A stretch of DNA of 64,000 nt from Utricularia gibba (taxonomy: Eukaryota > Plantae > Magnoliophyta): NCBI GenBank assembly GCA_002189035.1, contig NEEC01000009.1, forward strand, positions 2,976,001 to 3,040,000, written 5' to 3'. Below, piece after piece: positions 53,300 through 64,000 of the stretch (its first letter is position 1; the number at the start of each line of letters is the position of its first letter). The position numbers and the translations under genes are program-made. The notes below the pieces were generated by a model. That model was not told the DNA's origin, did not search any database, and saw only the letters and a program-made list of their open reading frames with translations.

Positions 53300-55515
53300 A
53301 TGTCGACCTTCGCCGGCGGCCTCCCTTCCGTTAGTTGCAGAGCCCCGATCCGCGCCGCGGCTCCAGCAGCCTCCCCGCCAAACCTCATCCGCCACGAACC
53401 CCTCATCGCTACTTCCACATCTTCCTTCTCGGCGTCTGCGGTACAACACAATGCATCACCATTCATTCTAAGTTGCAGAGGTCATTCATGATGTGCGACG
53501 CATGCTTTAGGCATCATTCACGAGAACATCTCGTCGTGTCCCTTAGCTTCTCTAGCGGTTACTGGGTCGTAGGCATCCAGCACTGTCGCAGTGCCACTTA
53601 AACAAAAAGAGGGTCTGTCGTGATGTTTGAAGTTTGGGGAACTAGGATTCAAGGGTGTAAGAGGGATGGCGCCTTATGTGTGTGCATGATGATGTTATTG
53701 CAGAGACAAGACATGGCAGCCAACCCGTACGAGAATGCTGTCGCCTCCCTCTCCAAGCTCATGAGGTTTGTCAATCCGGATACCGTTTTTTGTGTCTTCA
53801 TGAGTATTTAAAATATTTGGATTCGAATGAAAACATGGAAACCCTAGAAAGAATGATGCGAGTCGCTATGTCACTTGGGGTGACGAGTAGATTTTTTTAT
53901 TTTAATAAGAAAAAATGAATTAATTTGATTAAAATAATTTAATGATCTGAAAAAAAAAAGATATCATGTTTAGGACTGCTAATTTAATAAAGCTTCAAAA
54001 CCATAATTTTTATTTTTTTTATTTTTAATAAATTGTTCCAAAAAGTAACCGTTGCCAGGTTGCAACGGTCAGGAGTATTATTTAAATATTAGAAAAAGGC
54101 ATCTGATTTCATGGGTCTAATGCTATTTGGCGCGGTGCAGTGAGAAAGCGCATTTGGGCACAGCGGCAGCGGCCAAAATCGATGCGATCACGGCGGAGTT
54201 GAAGACTGCCGATGGAAGCGCTGCCGTGTCATCCGAAACCACCGAAAGGTTCAAATCTGGTTTCATCAAGTTCAAGAGAGAAAAATACGAGTAAGTAAAG
54301 CTTCAAGTCGCGATTCAGAATTCGATTTGAAGTACGAGTTAGTGAAAGTATAACTCGCGTAAACATCCAGGAAGGACCCTGCTCTGTTTGCCGATCTCGC
54401 CAAGGGACAAAGCCCTAAGGTACGAACATAAACACTAGTTCCCCCGATTTTGGAGAAACCGCCATCGATCTTCGATTTGCATTTTTAGTACATGATCTTT
54501 GCATGCTCCGATTCACGCGTCTGTCCGTCGCACATTCTGGGAATCGAACCTGGTGAGGCATTCGTCGTCCGCAGCGTCGCCAACATCGTTGCTCCATTCG
54601 ATAAGGTTCCAGATCACTAGTAATGTTATTAATGAATTTCGAGTATTGAATTGTTGATAAATCTTCTTCCTTGCTCCAACAGACCAGGTTCTCCGGCGTT
54701 GGGGCTGCAGTTGAGTACGCTACTCTGCATCTGAAGGTGAGATTAGGATTTGAACTAGAATAAAAATCAGATTCATTTCATCAAATGCCCGTCCAATGAA
54801 TCCCAGCGAAAAAAGCTCATCTGGGATACACTTGCTTTTCAGGTGAAGGAAATTGTGGTGATCGGCCACAGTGCCTGTGGAGGAATCAAGGGGCTCTTAT
54901 CCTTCCCATATGATGGTTCCTCATCCACGTAAGCCTTTCATTGCTACTTGTAATACTCAAATAAATGAGGCACACAGGTTGATGAAAAAGGAAGCTATGG
55001 AGTTTGTGCAATCACGACACTCCACGCATATATCACTTTAGCTATTTTCCACTGTTGGCATCGTTCACATATCCAGTCTCCCAACAGTATAAATATTTGT
55101 ATTGTTTTGTGCTGGTTCAGTGAATTCATTGAAGACTGGGTGAAGATCGTATTACCTGCAAAGCAGAAGGTCCTGGCCGAAAACGGAGGGCTCTCTTTAG
55201 CTCAACAGCTTGTGATCGCAGAGAAAGTGAGTGTCCAGAACTTGCTTATAATTCCCCCAACTTTAATCATGTGAGAAAATGCAATCAGTAGATAGATGGT
55301 GATGAAATAAATGGAGAAGGAACCTGCTCTCTCTGTCTTTTGTGGAACAGGAAGCCGTGAATGTCTCTCTGGCAAACCTGTTGACCTACCCGTTCGTGAG
55401 AGATGGGCTGCTGAAGAAGACACTGGCACTGAAGGGAGGCTACTATGATTTCGTCAACGGAAGCTTTGAGCTTTGGAGCGTCGACTTCGGCCTGTCTGCT
55501 CCTGTTTCCGTATGA
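53300..55515 (+). CDS. BCA1: Beta-carbonic anhydrase, chloroplastic betaCA1 type; exons 53300-53440, 53704-53765, 54141-54290, 54371-54419, 54489-54605, 54683-54736, 54843-54928, 55121-55226, 55351-55515
   Basis: LIRHEP transit-peptide motif, GQSPK|[15 protein letters not shown] (Zn Cys plus Asp/Arg dyad), [12 protein letters not shown] (Zn His/Cys), [30 protein letters not shown]. Exon phases are consistent. Confidence 0.96.
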
Positions 55516-55826
55516 ACCACTACCAACCAAAACAAAGAGCAGTAATATTACCTGTAAAGCTTCTTTGAAGTTTTTCCAGTACACCACACCCTTGAATTTC
55601 TTGCGCAACTGCGGCACTTGTCCCTTGGTTTGTGGAAGCATAGTCGCCCAGGGACTTCACTTGTGTTGTCTTTTGTTTTTTGATAGGTAAAAGACGTGGC
55701 CACAATACTTCACTGGAAGCTACTGTAAGGGCGAGCCTGGGATTGGAATAATGTTGTCGTGTTGTTGTAACTGTTGAACCTCGTAATGCTCATCCCTATA
55801 TGGCTCCGTGCAAAAGTAAAACATAA

Positions 55827-56129
55827 TATGTTTTGAAAAAATTTTAAATATATTTTTAATTTTTAAAATATAAAAAGTAGAAGTAGAAATTTTTTGAAAA
55901 ATAGAAATAGATAAAAGAACTGTAAAAATAGATATTTTTAGAAATCTGATGTCAAAAACGAAGTTGAGAAATAAAAGTAAATATTTTATTATTTTTATTT
56001 CTGTCTTATTTTAAATTGCATATAAAAATTATTTTTTTCAAAAATAAAAATAGAAATAGAAAATATTTTGTGCAAAATTAATTTTGGTAAAAACAGAAAT
56101 AAAAACAACAAAAAATTTTACAACACATA
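55827..56129. mobile_element. Possible MITE/foldback-like AT-rich element (~300 bp)
   Basis: Imperfect terminal inverted repeats TATGTTTTGAAAAAATTTT ... AAAATTTTACAACACATA (16/19 match by eye) and internal (A)GAAATA(G/A)AAA subrepeats in both orientations. The target-site duplication is not clean. Confidence 0.3.
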
Positions 56130-56246
56130 GTAATAGACTTCGTTATTGAGGAAAGGAAGAAGGAACTCCTTTTCTTGGAGTTCTACCTCGTCGAGTTTTA
56201 AATCACTGGTTTCAAATCAGAGGAGGAAGGGAATGGACGCAAGGGA

Positions 56247-58929
56247 TCACAAAATCTTATCGAGGGGCTTCAGCTCCATGGGCATGCCATCTAAATTCCC
56301 GGACTGAAGTTCAGATTGAAGAAGAGGTCTTTTCCCAGATTTCCATTGTATTCCCTCAGCGAGATGTTCCTTGTTGGGTGTCAGCATAACGAAGTTGGGG
56401 TCTGCTCTTTGATAACTGCATCAAGTAATCACACCAAACTTGGTATCATGAAAGCCTTGAGGAATGGCAGCTGAAAAACATCCAATGCAATGGCAATGAA
56501 CTGACCTTGCTTCACGGATATTGTCAACGTGAAGACTGAACCCGAGGGATGTCTTAGCGTTGGTGTGGTCTCGACCAGCTGCAAAAACAATGACTTCGTT
56601 CATGCTCATAGACTTGCATATCTCTCACCACTCTTCAGTGAAAAACTATGAGGAAATCATCATGTCATATCTCGTTTGGCATGGAAACTTGGAGGAGTGT
56701 TGGTAAAGAGACAATGCTTCATTCATAAAACGACCTTTCCCGGCATAAAAAACTTCTCATGAAAATAAAAATCCAGACCAGCTTAAGCAGACTCTCGAAC
56801 AACATGTATCATTCACATGCATTGAACATGAGCTGGGTAAGTTTCAAGGCTTAAACCTGACACGCTTATTGTGAAAGAAGGATTCCACCAAGATTTGAAG
56901 GCTAAAGCTATTGAAGAGCTGAGAGATCCAACTTTGCCCTTGAGGAAAAAAAAAAAATGAAAAAGTCAGATGCTACCAAAAAAAAACTTGATTGGCTTCT
57001 TTGGGGCTTGTTTTACCTTCACTAGAAAGTTTTTGTTAGCTTGCCAAGATGCGCCCACTTGGAAGCTGGAATCTTGAGGAGTTTTTGACGATATTTTATC
57101 ATCAATCCTTCAGTAAAAGTGTAAATATGGCTTTGAATAAGCATTTCAAGTCGGGTTGCACATTAACAATCAACAATCATACCTTGTCTGCAACTCAAAA
57201 CCGAAGTCAACATAATTGGTGATTCCAACTACGTCCTGTTCCTCTAGCGGATTTTTAATCTATTCATGCAATAGACACAGTTGTGTGAACATTTTTTTAA
57301 TTTAAAACTATCTATCACAATGCCTATAGCAAGAGAGAAGGAGAGTTCTGGGAGAGAACAAAATGATATGTTTCAAGTATAAACCTTTCTTTGAACCACT
57401 ATGTGCTGATAGAAAGAGGCAATGAACTGCAGAAAGGAAGCAGAAAAGCAGGTTAAGTTGCATAAAAAATTAACCCATTATGCGATATTCATCAGGGAAA
57501 ACTCAAGGACCTGTGAGTTTTTAGCAAATTCAAGCGAAAAATTGAAAGATGGACTCAATGGACTGCTTGATCCTAACCCATAGCAAATGGCACAGCTCCA
57601 ATTATCCATATTTTTGTATTGTTCATACTGTGCTTCTTTACTGCCTTCAGCTGAACAGAAAATTAATGGCTAAACTGACAAAGAATAAGAAAAACAAGAT
57701 TCCTTGAAATCACACATACATCGTGGTTCATATTGTAATCCAGCCATCAATCTCCCAATTTTGCTTACCAGCCATGCATTTTTTGGAAGCCGGTCTACGG
57801 CTGAGAATGATTAGACAAGCAATCAGGTAGGTTATTTAGAATAGGGAATTACGAGCTACTAAAAAAAATCCAAAAGTTTCAGGGAGACGTTAGTTTAAAA
57901 ATATTTTAGATAGAAAAGCATTTTTAAGTAATCTCAGCGTCCGAATATGACAGAACTAATGTACCTGAAAAGGGAGCAAATGTGGCTCCAGCTGAAAGAT
58001 TGGAAGATCCGTATCTTAAACCCATGATGCCGAAGTCTCCAGAAGCCACTCTGCATCATCATATACATTGCTAAAAGATAACGTCACTGAAAAGGTCTAT
58101 AAAAACTTATGTACAGGTGAAAAAGCATCTTGGTAAGACCTTTCTTTCAAAAGTACGGGGAAAATGCCAAATGCCCCGAGTCCAAACTTGGGATAGTATG
58201 AACAGGATCGCAACAGCAAAACCCTAGGCAAAATTCACATGCACAAGAGAATTTACGCGCGAGAAGTTGCCTCAAGGGCATATTTCCAGGAGAAAGCTCT
58301 TACGGGTCCATGTTTGAGACAGAAATATCGATGAAACTGTGAGGATTGTCAGCACTGCAACGAACAAGAAAATTTTTTTACTATTCATACTGAATGAAAG
58401 TCAATAGATCTCTCGCTAAACCTCTGCATTCGAAACTGGGCATTCGCAACAATTTTCTCATCTAGCTGGCGATCAAAACCTGCAACCTGATCAAGCTAAG
58501 GAAAGCACCTTTCTAGTAAAGACTGACTTCAAACCATAAGAATTCGTGAAAAAAAAAAAAAGAAACAAGGTCTATCCAGAAAAAGGATACACTTGCAACC
58601 AAATCAACATTCGGATCATCAATCGGTTTAAGCATAATTCTGGAGTTAAAACGCCTGGATTCTTCAAAATAGTCATTGAAGAGGCATTTCAATGCCATCT
58701 TCCCAAACAGCAAGTCGTAGGACGACTCCAGCATCCTTCATGGCCAAAAACATGAAATCGAAAGGAGCAATTTCATAAAAGAAGATGTAGAAAACAAATA
58801 CAATAGCAGATGAGCCGCAGCGAACATATAACCACCTCGTACGGGCACCGAGAGGGGGAAATCGAAGAGTGGCGGAACCAGTACCACCTGTGGCGGCGGC
58901 GACGATTCGGTGGACCACCAGTTCCACAT
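56247..58929 (-). CDS. OM47: Mitochondrial outer-membrane beta-barrel OM47-like (At3g27930-like), about 12 exons; apparent 1-bp deletion at 58854-58858
   Basis: PPPQVVLVPPLFDF(PPLGARTR)MLESSYDLLFGKMALKCLFNDYFEE, LKPIDDPNVDL, YYPKFGLGAFG, GLRYGSSNLS, NWSCAICYGLGSSSPLSPSF, VVGITNYVDFGFEL, ASWQANKNFL, FKSWWNPSFT, YQRADPNFVMLTPNKEHLAEG...KIL*. Confidence 0.9.
58487..58590 (-). other. U12-type GT-AG intron (intron 2 of the OM47-like gene)
   Basis: Perfect U12 donor GTATCCTTT. Branch-like TTTCCTTAGC at 58504-58495, about 10 nt before CAG. Phase-0 removal joins DLVAS|VAGFDRQ. Confidence 0.8.
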
Positions 58930-59370
58930 TTCCAGCGAGATCTTTCTGCAGCTGCAATTATCGGAAACAAGACCGCTGATAAACCCAACGCAAGCCAGAC
59001 AGTTGTTGCATCAATCGAAAAGAAAATCCCTCAGCTCCGGCAGTGACCGCTTCCTACTTCCACATTCTCCGCCGCCGCCAGATCATCATTTTTGTTACCT
59101 CCCAGGTTTTTAAGGAATTGGGGCGAAAAAAATCTAATTGTATTCACAATCTAAAATATAAAAAAATATTACTAAAATGATATCATTCAAAAAAACTATC
59201 ATACATCTATATTATTAATTTTTAAATTTAAATTATTATTAAATAAATTTTTTTTAATATAATAAAATAGACATCTAATGGATAATAAGGATAGTCATCT
59301 TGTACGGTGAGAAAAAAAAAAAAAAAAGAATAGCAGAAGAAGGGAAACGGAGATCGTTTGCTATGCATCT

Positions 59371-61575
59371 TCAGGAAGCACGTACATTGTGGGGCTTGAT
59401 GCTGCGAGTGTTCTTGGCAAAAAGTGTTTCCAAAGATCTCGACTTTTTCCTCCTCATCAACCCGGATTCTTTCAACAGCTCATCAAGCCTCCGTTTCTCA
59501 TCTTCAACGATAGGATCTGCAGTTCCGAGCTTCTCCTCTCGCAGCTCGACTACATGCTCCAAGATGTCGACTGCATCAGCAGTTCTGTGGACAAGAAGCC
59601 ACAAACTCTGCGTCAGTTCAAGTGGGTGAGGAGAAATGACGACAAATAGTGGATGGATTATGGTGGGGGCAATTTACCTGCCCAATGCATCATATGCTCC
59701 TGCAAGATTGCTGTAAACCGCAAGAGTGTCGGGATGATAAGGTCCACATTCTTCTTCCAGAATGCGTCTGGATTCTTCAAACAAGTTGGCGGCTTCCTTG
59801 ATGGCTAAAAGTTGCACACAGGCAAGCCCCATTTGGTTCAAAGCAATGCCAAAAAGTGGAGTTTTCTTCTCACCTATGGCGCGGAACTTGGATGTTGCAT
59901 TCTTGAGGTAGGTATAGGACTCGGAATAGTTTCCCAGAATGAAGTGCAAGACCCCCATTTGAGCTTCGATCCCAATGATTATGCTCTGCTGACCTGGTGC
60001 TTTGCCATAATCCTCCAAGGCCTTGTGAAGTAACTCAAGTGCCTTCTCATGCTCATTTGCAGACTCATAGATGACAGAAATATCCACCAAACCACTAGCA
60101 ATCTCCTCAAGTGAGGTTCCTTGAATTGGCTTGGAATAAATGTGAAGAGCATCTTCACAATAAGATTTGGATTCTGTGAATTTTCCTATCTTGTTGTATA
60201 AATCTGCTAAACGAACAAAGACTGAAGCAACAGAGAGGTCATTCTCTCCTTTACGTGCCTTGAGCATGTTCAGAGCTTTCTGATATGCAAAAATGGCCTC
60301 ATCATACCGAGCCAATGATAAGTACGCATCCCCGATGTTACACTCGATGGATGCAACATCCTCACTCTGGCCATTAGCAGCCATCGCCATGCTTGCAAGA
60401 ACATAATTTTCCAGGGCACCTTGATGATCTCCTTTCGCATCATAAATAAGCCCAAGCAATCTTCTGTCAGCTGCTTCCTGTGGAGAAGCTGATGATCCAT
60501 TCTCCTTATGGACCGCAAGAGATCTTTCACAAAGTTTCAATGCCTCGTCAAACTGCATTGCTTGAACATGGGCCTCAGCCAAGTACCTGCAGGTCTCAGC
60601 ATATCGAGGGTCTTTTTCTCCAAGAACTTGGCATTGAATCTCTAACCCTGCAGTGTAGAATATAATCGAATTCTCAATCTGTCCAAGCATTGCATAAGTA
60701 TCACCCAACTGCATGCAACCAGCAAATTTTGCAAGAGCATGAGTGTGATCTAAATCAATATTTGCAATATCAATAGATCTCTCCAGAATTGGAATGGCTT
60801 CATCATATTGCCCGAGACTGCAGTACAACGCTGACACAACATGGAGACAGCTAACATAATCTAAGTTGGGACTGTCATCTCCTGAAACTTCAAAAATTTT
60901 CTTTGCTCGAAGAGATAAAGCAAGCGCCTTCTGTGTGTTATCCCCTGATGACATGATTTCCTTAGCTTGTTTTAGCAAACACTGTCCAAGGTTTCCCCTA
61001 TCATCTTTCTGATCAGTTCCATGTTGCAAGCTATTACCACCATGTAGACTGCTTTTGTCAGAAACATTTTTCATGTTCTTCACCACTTGTTTCCCATTCG
61101 GAGGCCTCCCCTTGGGGGTTTTGCTTTTTAAAGTAGCCTTTTTGTTTGCCTCAGAGCCAAATCGCAATGTAGATCCCGGTGTTGATGGCTCATTCTTGTT
61201 TTCATCGTCTGAAACTTTAATCCCTGCAGGAGTGCAATCCTCCCCTTTAGTAGTTTCCTCATCATTTTTCCCCATAACCTCCGGTGCACCATAATCTCCC
61301 CCGGCAAGAAACCGCAACTCAGAATCAATTCTCGACTCTTCCCCGTATGATACAAAACTTTGTCTTGATGGAGAATTATCGGAGCTCTGCATCTCACATA
61401 CATTGTAATACAGTTGCTCCAGGGAAGTTTCAACAGCTCCTTCTATGGCTAAGTCCAGAGAGTCACTCCCTGGGCTCTGCGTGGTTAAAGGGCTTCTCGG
61501 AGACCTCTCACTGTAAAAATCCTTTTGAGGGACGTTCAGCTCACCATTTGACTCACCCATTGCGTATTCAGTCAT
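59371..61575 (-). CDS. KLCR2: Kinesin light chain-related TPR protein (KLCR2/3, CMU2/3-like); exons 59678-61575 and 59371-59584
   Basis: SPRSPL, SLEQLYYNVCEMQSS, GEESRIDSELR, multiple TPRs, FAGCMQLGDTYAMLG, GPYHPDTLAVYSNLAGAYDALGR|TADAVDILE...REEKLGTADP...RKKSRSLETLF. The ATG follows a 5'-UTR intron acceptor. Confidence 0.93.
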
Positions 61576-63214
61576 CTGAGAAAGAAAGCAATCGGAGAAT
61601 TTTGTCACTGTGCAGGAACAAATCCATATTATTAAACACACAAAACTCAACCTCCATTTCCCACATCATCATCCACCAAACATCAAAGGGGACAAAGTAT
61701 CGTCATTATAAATGGCAAGCAAATGGAAGGAGGCGCATTTCTGGAATCACACGAACATCCACCCAGAAAGAAAAGAAATCCTCAAGAACGTCATATACCA
61801 AAAACGTGTTTCTTCATGAAACAAAACCATTCATCGTTTTCAAGAAACAAGGGTAACAAAAATCATACCTTTGAAAACCCCAGAAACTATATTATGCTCT
61901 ATGCCTCCACCCTTGCCGTTGTTCCTGCAATACACACAAAAATGCGTCTAAATACACGCGTAGGTTGTGGGGCGGCAGCGCAGGAAGAAGGGGATTGGAC
62001 AAGGGATGAATGAAATACAATAAACACCAGGCGACTTTATGAATTGAATCAAATGGGGTGTCGAATTCTGACCAATGTAGGTTTTTGTGAGAGAATGACA
62101 ACAATTATTGCTGATGTGAAGGTATAAAAATAGGCAGGGAGCAGAAATCATGAAGATGAAGATGACCCCCGCCATTCCAACCAACAAATTCACATTTTAT
62201 ATGCAGCATTCTTCTTCTCTGCTTTCAATGCTTGACAAAAGTAGGTAGATATAAAATTTGACAAACTAAATACATGATTTTAGTTTTTCCATGATAACTT
62301 TTGTTATGTACCAAAAATATACGCAAACATTGAATTAATCAGTAGGGGTTTGAATCGAATGTAAGGAGTTAAAATTATATGAATGAATAATGATCATTGT
62401 TATTTACTCAAATGACATAATTGATATCTATAAATAATATTTAATCTCTATTATTTTAAAATTATTTTTAATTAATTTTCATTATTTTTTACATAAAATA
62501 TTTTAAAAAAATCATAAAAATAATCTCGTGTAGCATAATTTGAATTATAAATAATTATTATTGTATTCATTAAAAAATATAATTTATAAATGATCAACTT
62601 AAATATATATTAAGAATTAAGTTATTGAATTATTTAAATTATATAAATAAAATGGTTAACTAATTGAAATTTTGGAAAAAATTATATAAAACAAGTATGA
62701 TTTAAATTTTATAGTCAGTAGTATATCTAATAATTTTATTTTTAAAAAATAAATAAATAAAGTATGATACAAAAAAAAAGGATTTTAGTTTCAAACCTGT
62801 CACAGTACGATAAAAAACAGCTATAAGGGTAAATCAAATAGACAGTAACAAAATTTAGGGCTCAAAACAAGAAACAGAGAGGAGCGCGGGAAAGATTCTG
62901 CTATCCGCTGAATTGTGATTGAAAAACTGTGAGTAGTCGTTAGTCTTCTAATAATGTACAATATCTGGTTATGGTGATTAGAAATTTGTGTTTGCGGTTT
63001 CTGAGTTGGATGTTTCGGTGCTTTCTGTTGTTTTTGCAGCTGTGAATCATTTTACAAAATGTTTTCGTGATTCTTGAACCGTTGTTTGACTTAATTTTCC
63101 ATTTTGTATGTGATATGGCGAATCAAGGCTGGAATTTTTTTTGTGGGTGATGTAATTACCTCAGCTCGTCTGTCATCAAATTTCCAATAACTTTTTCAGC
63201 AACGGGATAGGAGA

Positions 63215-64000
63215 ATGGTGGAAGAAACTGTTCAGAAGATTCAAGAAACGATTGACAAACTATTTAGTGATCCTCCAAGAATAGGGTATGTCATGTTTTT
63301 CTATAATCTTTGCATGCATTAAATTCATTTTTTCTTTATTCGGTCTTTTCATTTCTCGGCTATTTCGTGTCTTCATTTTGAGGGACAGGACGGGTGAAAC
63401 GCCATTGTTATTTGGCAGAAAGCGTTCTCATTCATCTCCTGTGTGGATGAATTTGCCCAGCAATGTGCTTCAAGGGTCATGTAGCACGTTACCTGGGTCA
63501 TCAAAAACTGCCCAAATTCCAGTCTGCAAGCCATGGGACCGACATGATTTTTTCGATAGGTTATCAGCATTCAAGTCAATCACTTGGTTCGCCAAGCCAC
63601 AGGTTTGTAGTTTTTCCCCTTTCAAAAATTTCTTTCATGGGTATGTGCTATTCTGGAATTATTTTCACTCAGGCCTGTGGTGAATGCTTCAGAGTTCAAA
63701 GATTTGCACTTCTGCTGCTATGATTTTTCCAGACGATTTTTTACTGGATGGTTTCATTATAATGATTTATTCAGTGATACACCTCGAGTTTTCTGTTTTG
63801 CTGGTAGACAATTTTATATTAATGATTCTAGATTTACCTAGAGACATCCCTTCATAGGAGTATGCATTTAGAAACTGTCAAATAGTCATGTTGGCGTATG
63901 TTTGAATTAAGAGTGCTTAAGTTAAGCTTCAAAAATTAGCTGTTTTAGGTGGTGAGCCCTTTGGAATGTGCCAGGAGAGGTTGGGTTAATACTGATGTGG
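63215..64000 (+). CDS. C3HC zinc-finger (NIPA/ZC3HC1-like, At1g48950-like) protein, 5' part only; exons 63215-63285, 63383-63602, 63949 to window end
   Basis: IDKLF N-terminus, CKPWDRHDFFDRLSAFKSITWFAKPQ|VVSPLECARRGWVNTD, which is the start of the zf-C3HC domain. Confidence 0.88.

Noticed and set aside
14404-58858. Programmed ribosomal frameshifting as the cause of the split ORFs
   Set aside because: The sites lack X XXY YYZ slippery heptamers with downstream structures, and orthologs are continuous ORFs. Sequencing error is far more parsimonious.

Overview
Plant (eudicot) nuclear DNA, very gene-dense: about 21 protein-coding genes in 64 kb, mostly with short introns. No rRNA, tRNA, CRISPR array or intact transposon was recognised. 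Genes in order: P-class PPR (+), class II cytochrome P450 reductase (-), RRP1/Nop52 (-), ENF2-like PotD polyamine-binding protein (-), GT47 exostosin (+), RPS2/uS5 (+), cupin-like At1g19130 homolog (-), ZIFL MFS transporter (-), AVT1 amino-acid transporter (-), PWWP protein (-), R2R3-MYB subgroup 25 (+), DnaJ-DUF3444 (-), kinase-fibrillin FBN11/ORG1 (+), SPIRAL1-like (+), small uncharacterised protein (-), P4-ATPase ALA8-like (+), beta-carbonic anhydrase (+), OM47-like beta-barrel (-), KLCR/CMU TPR protein (-), and a 3'-truncated C3HC/NIPA-like gene (+). Homolog names come from motif recognition and memory, not from a database search. Main observations: (1) five genes are frameshifted at homopolymer runs and are repaired by adding bases, which most likely reflects assembly under-calling; (2) the beta-CA1-type enzyme has lost the conserved CxxC redox/S-nitrosylation cysteines and has an RN-to-RS change; (3) there are two U12-type (minor spliceosome) introns; (4) a GC-rich, promoter-equipped island at about 45.3-46.4 kb is unexplained and carries candidate small ORFs. 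I found no convincing wholly new biological system.
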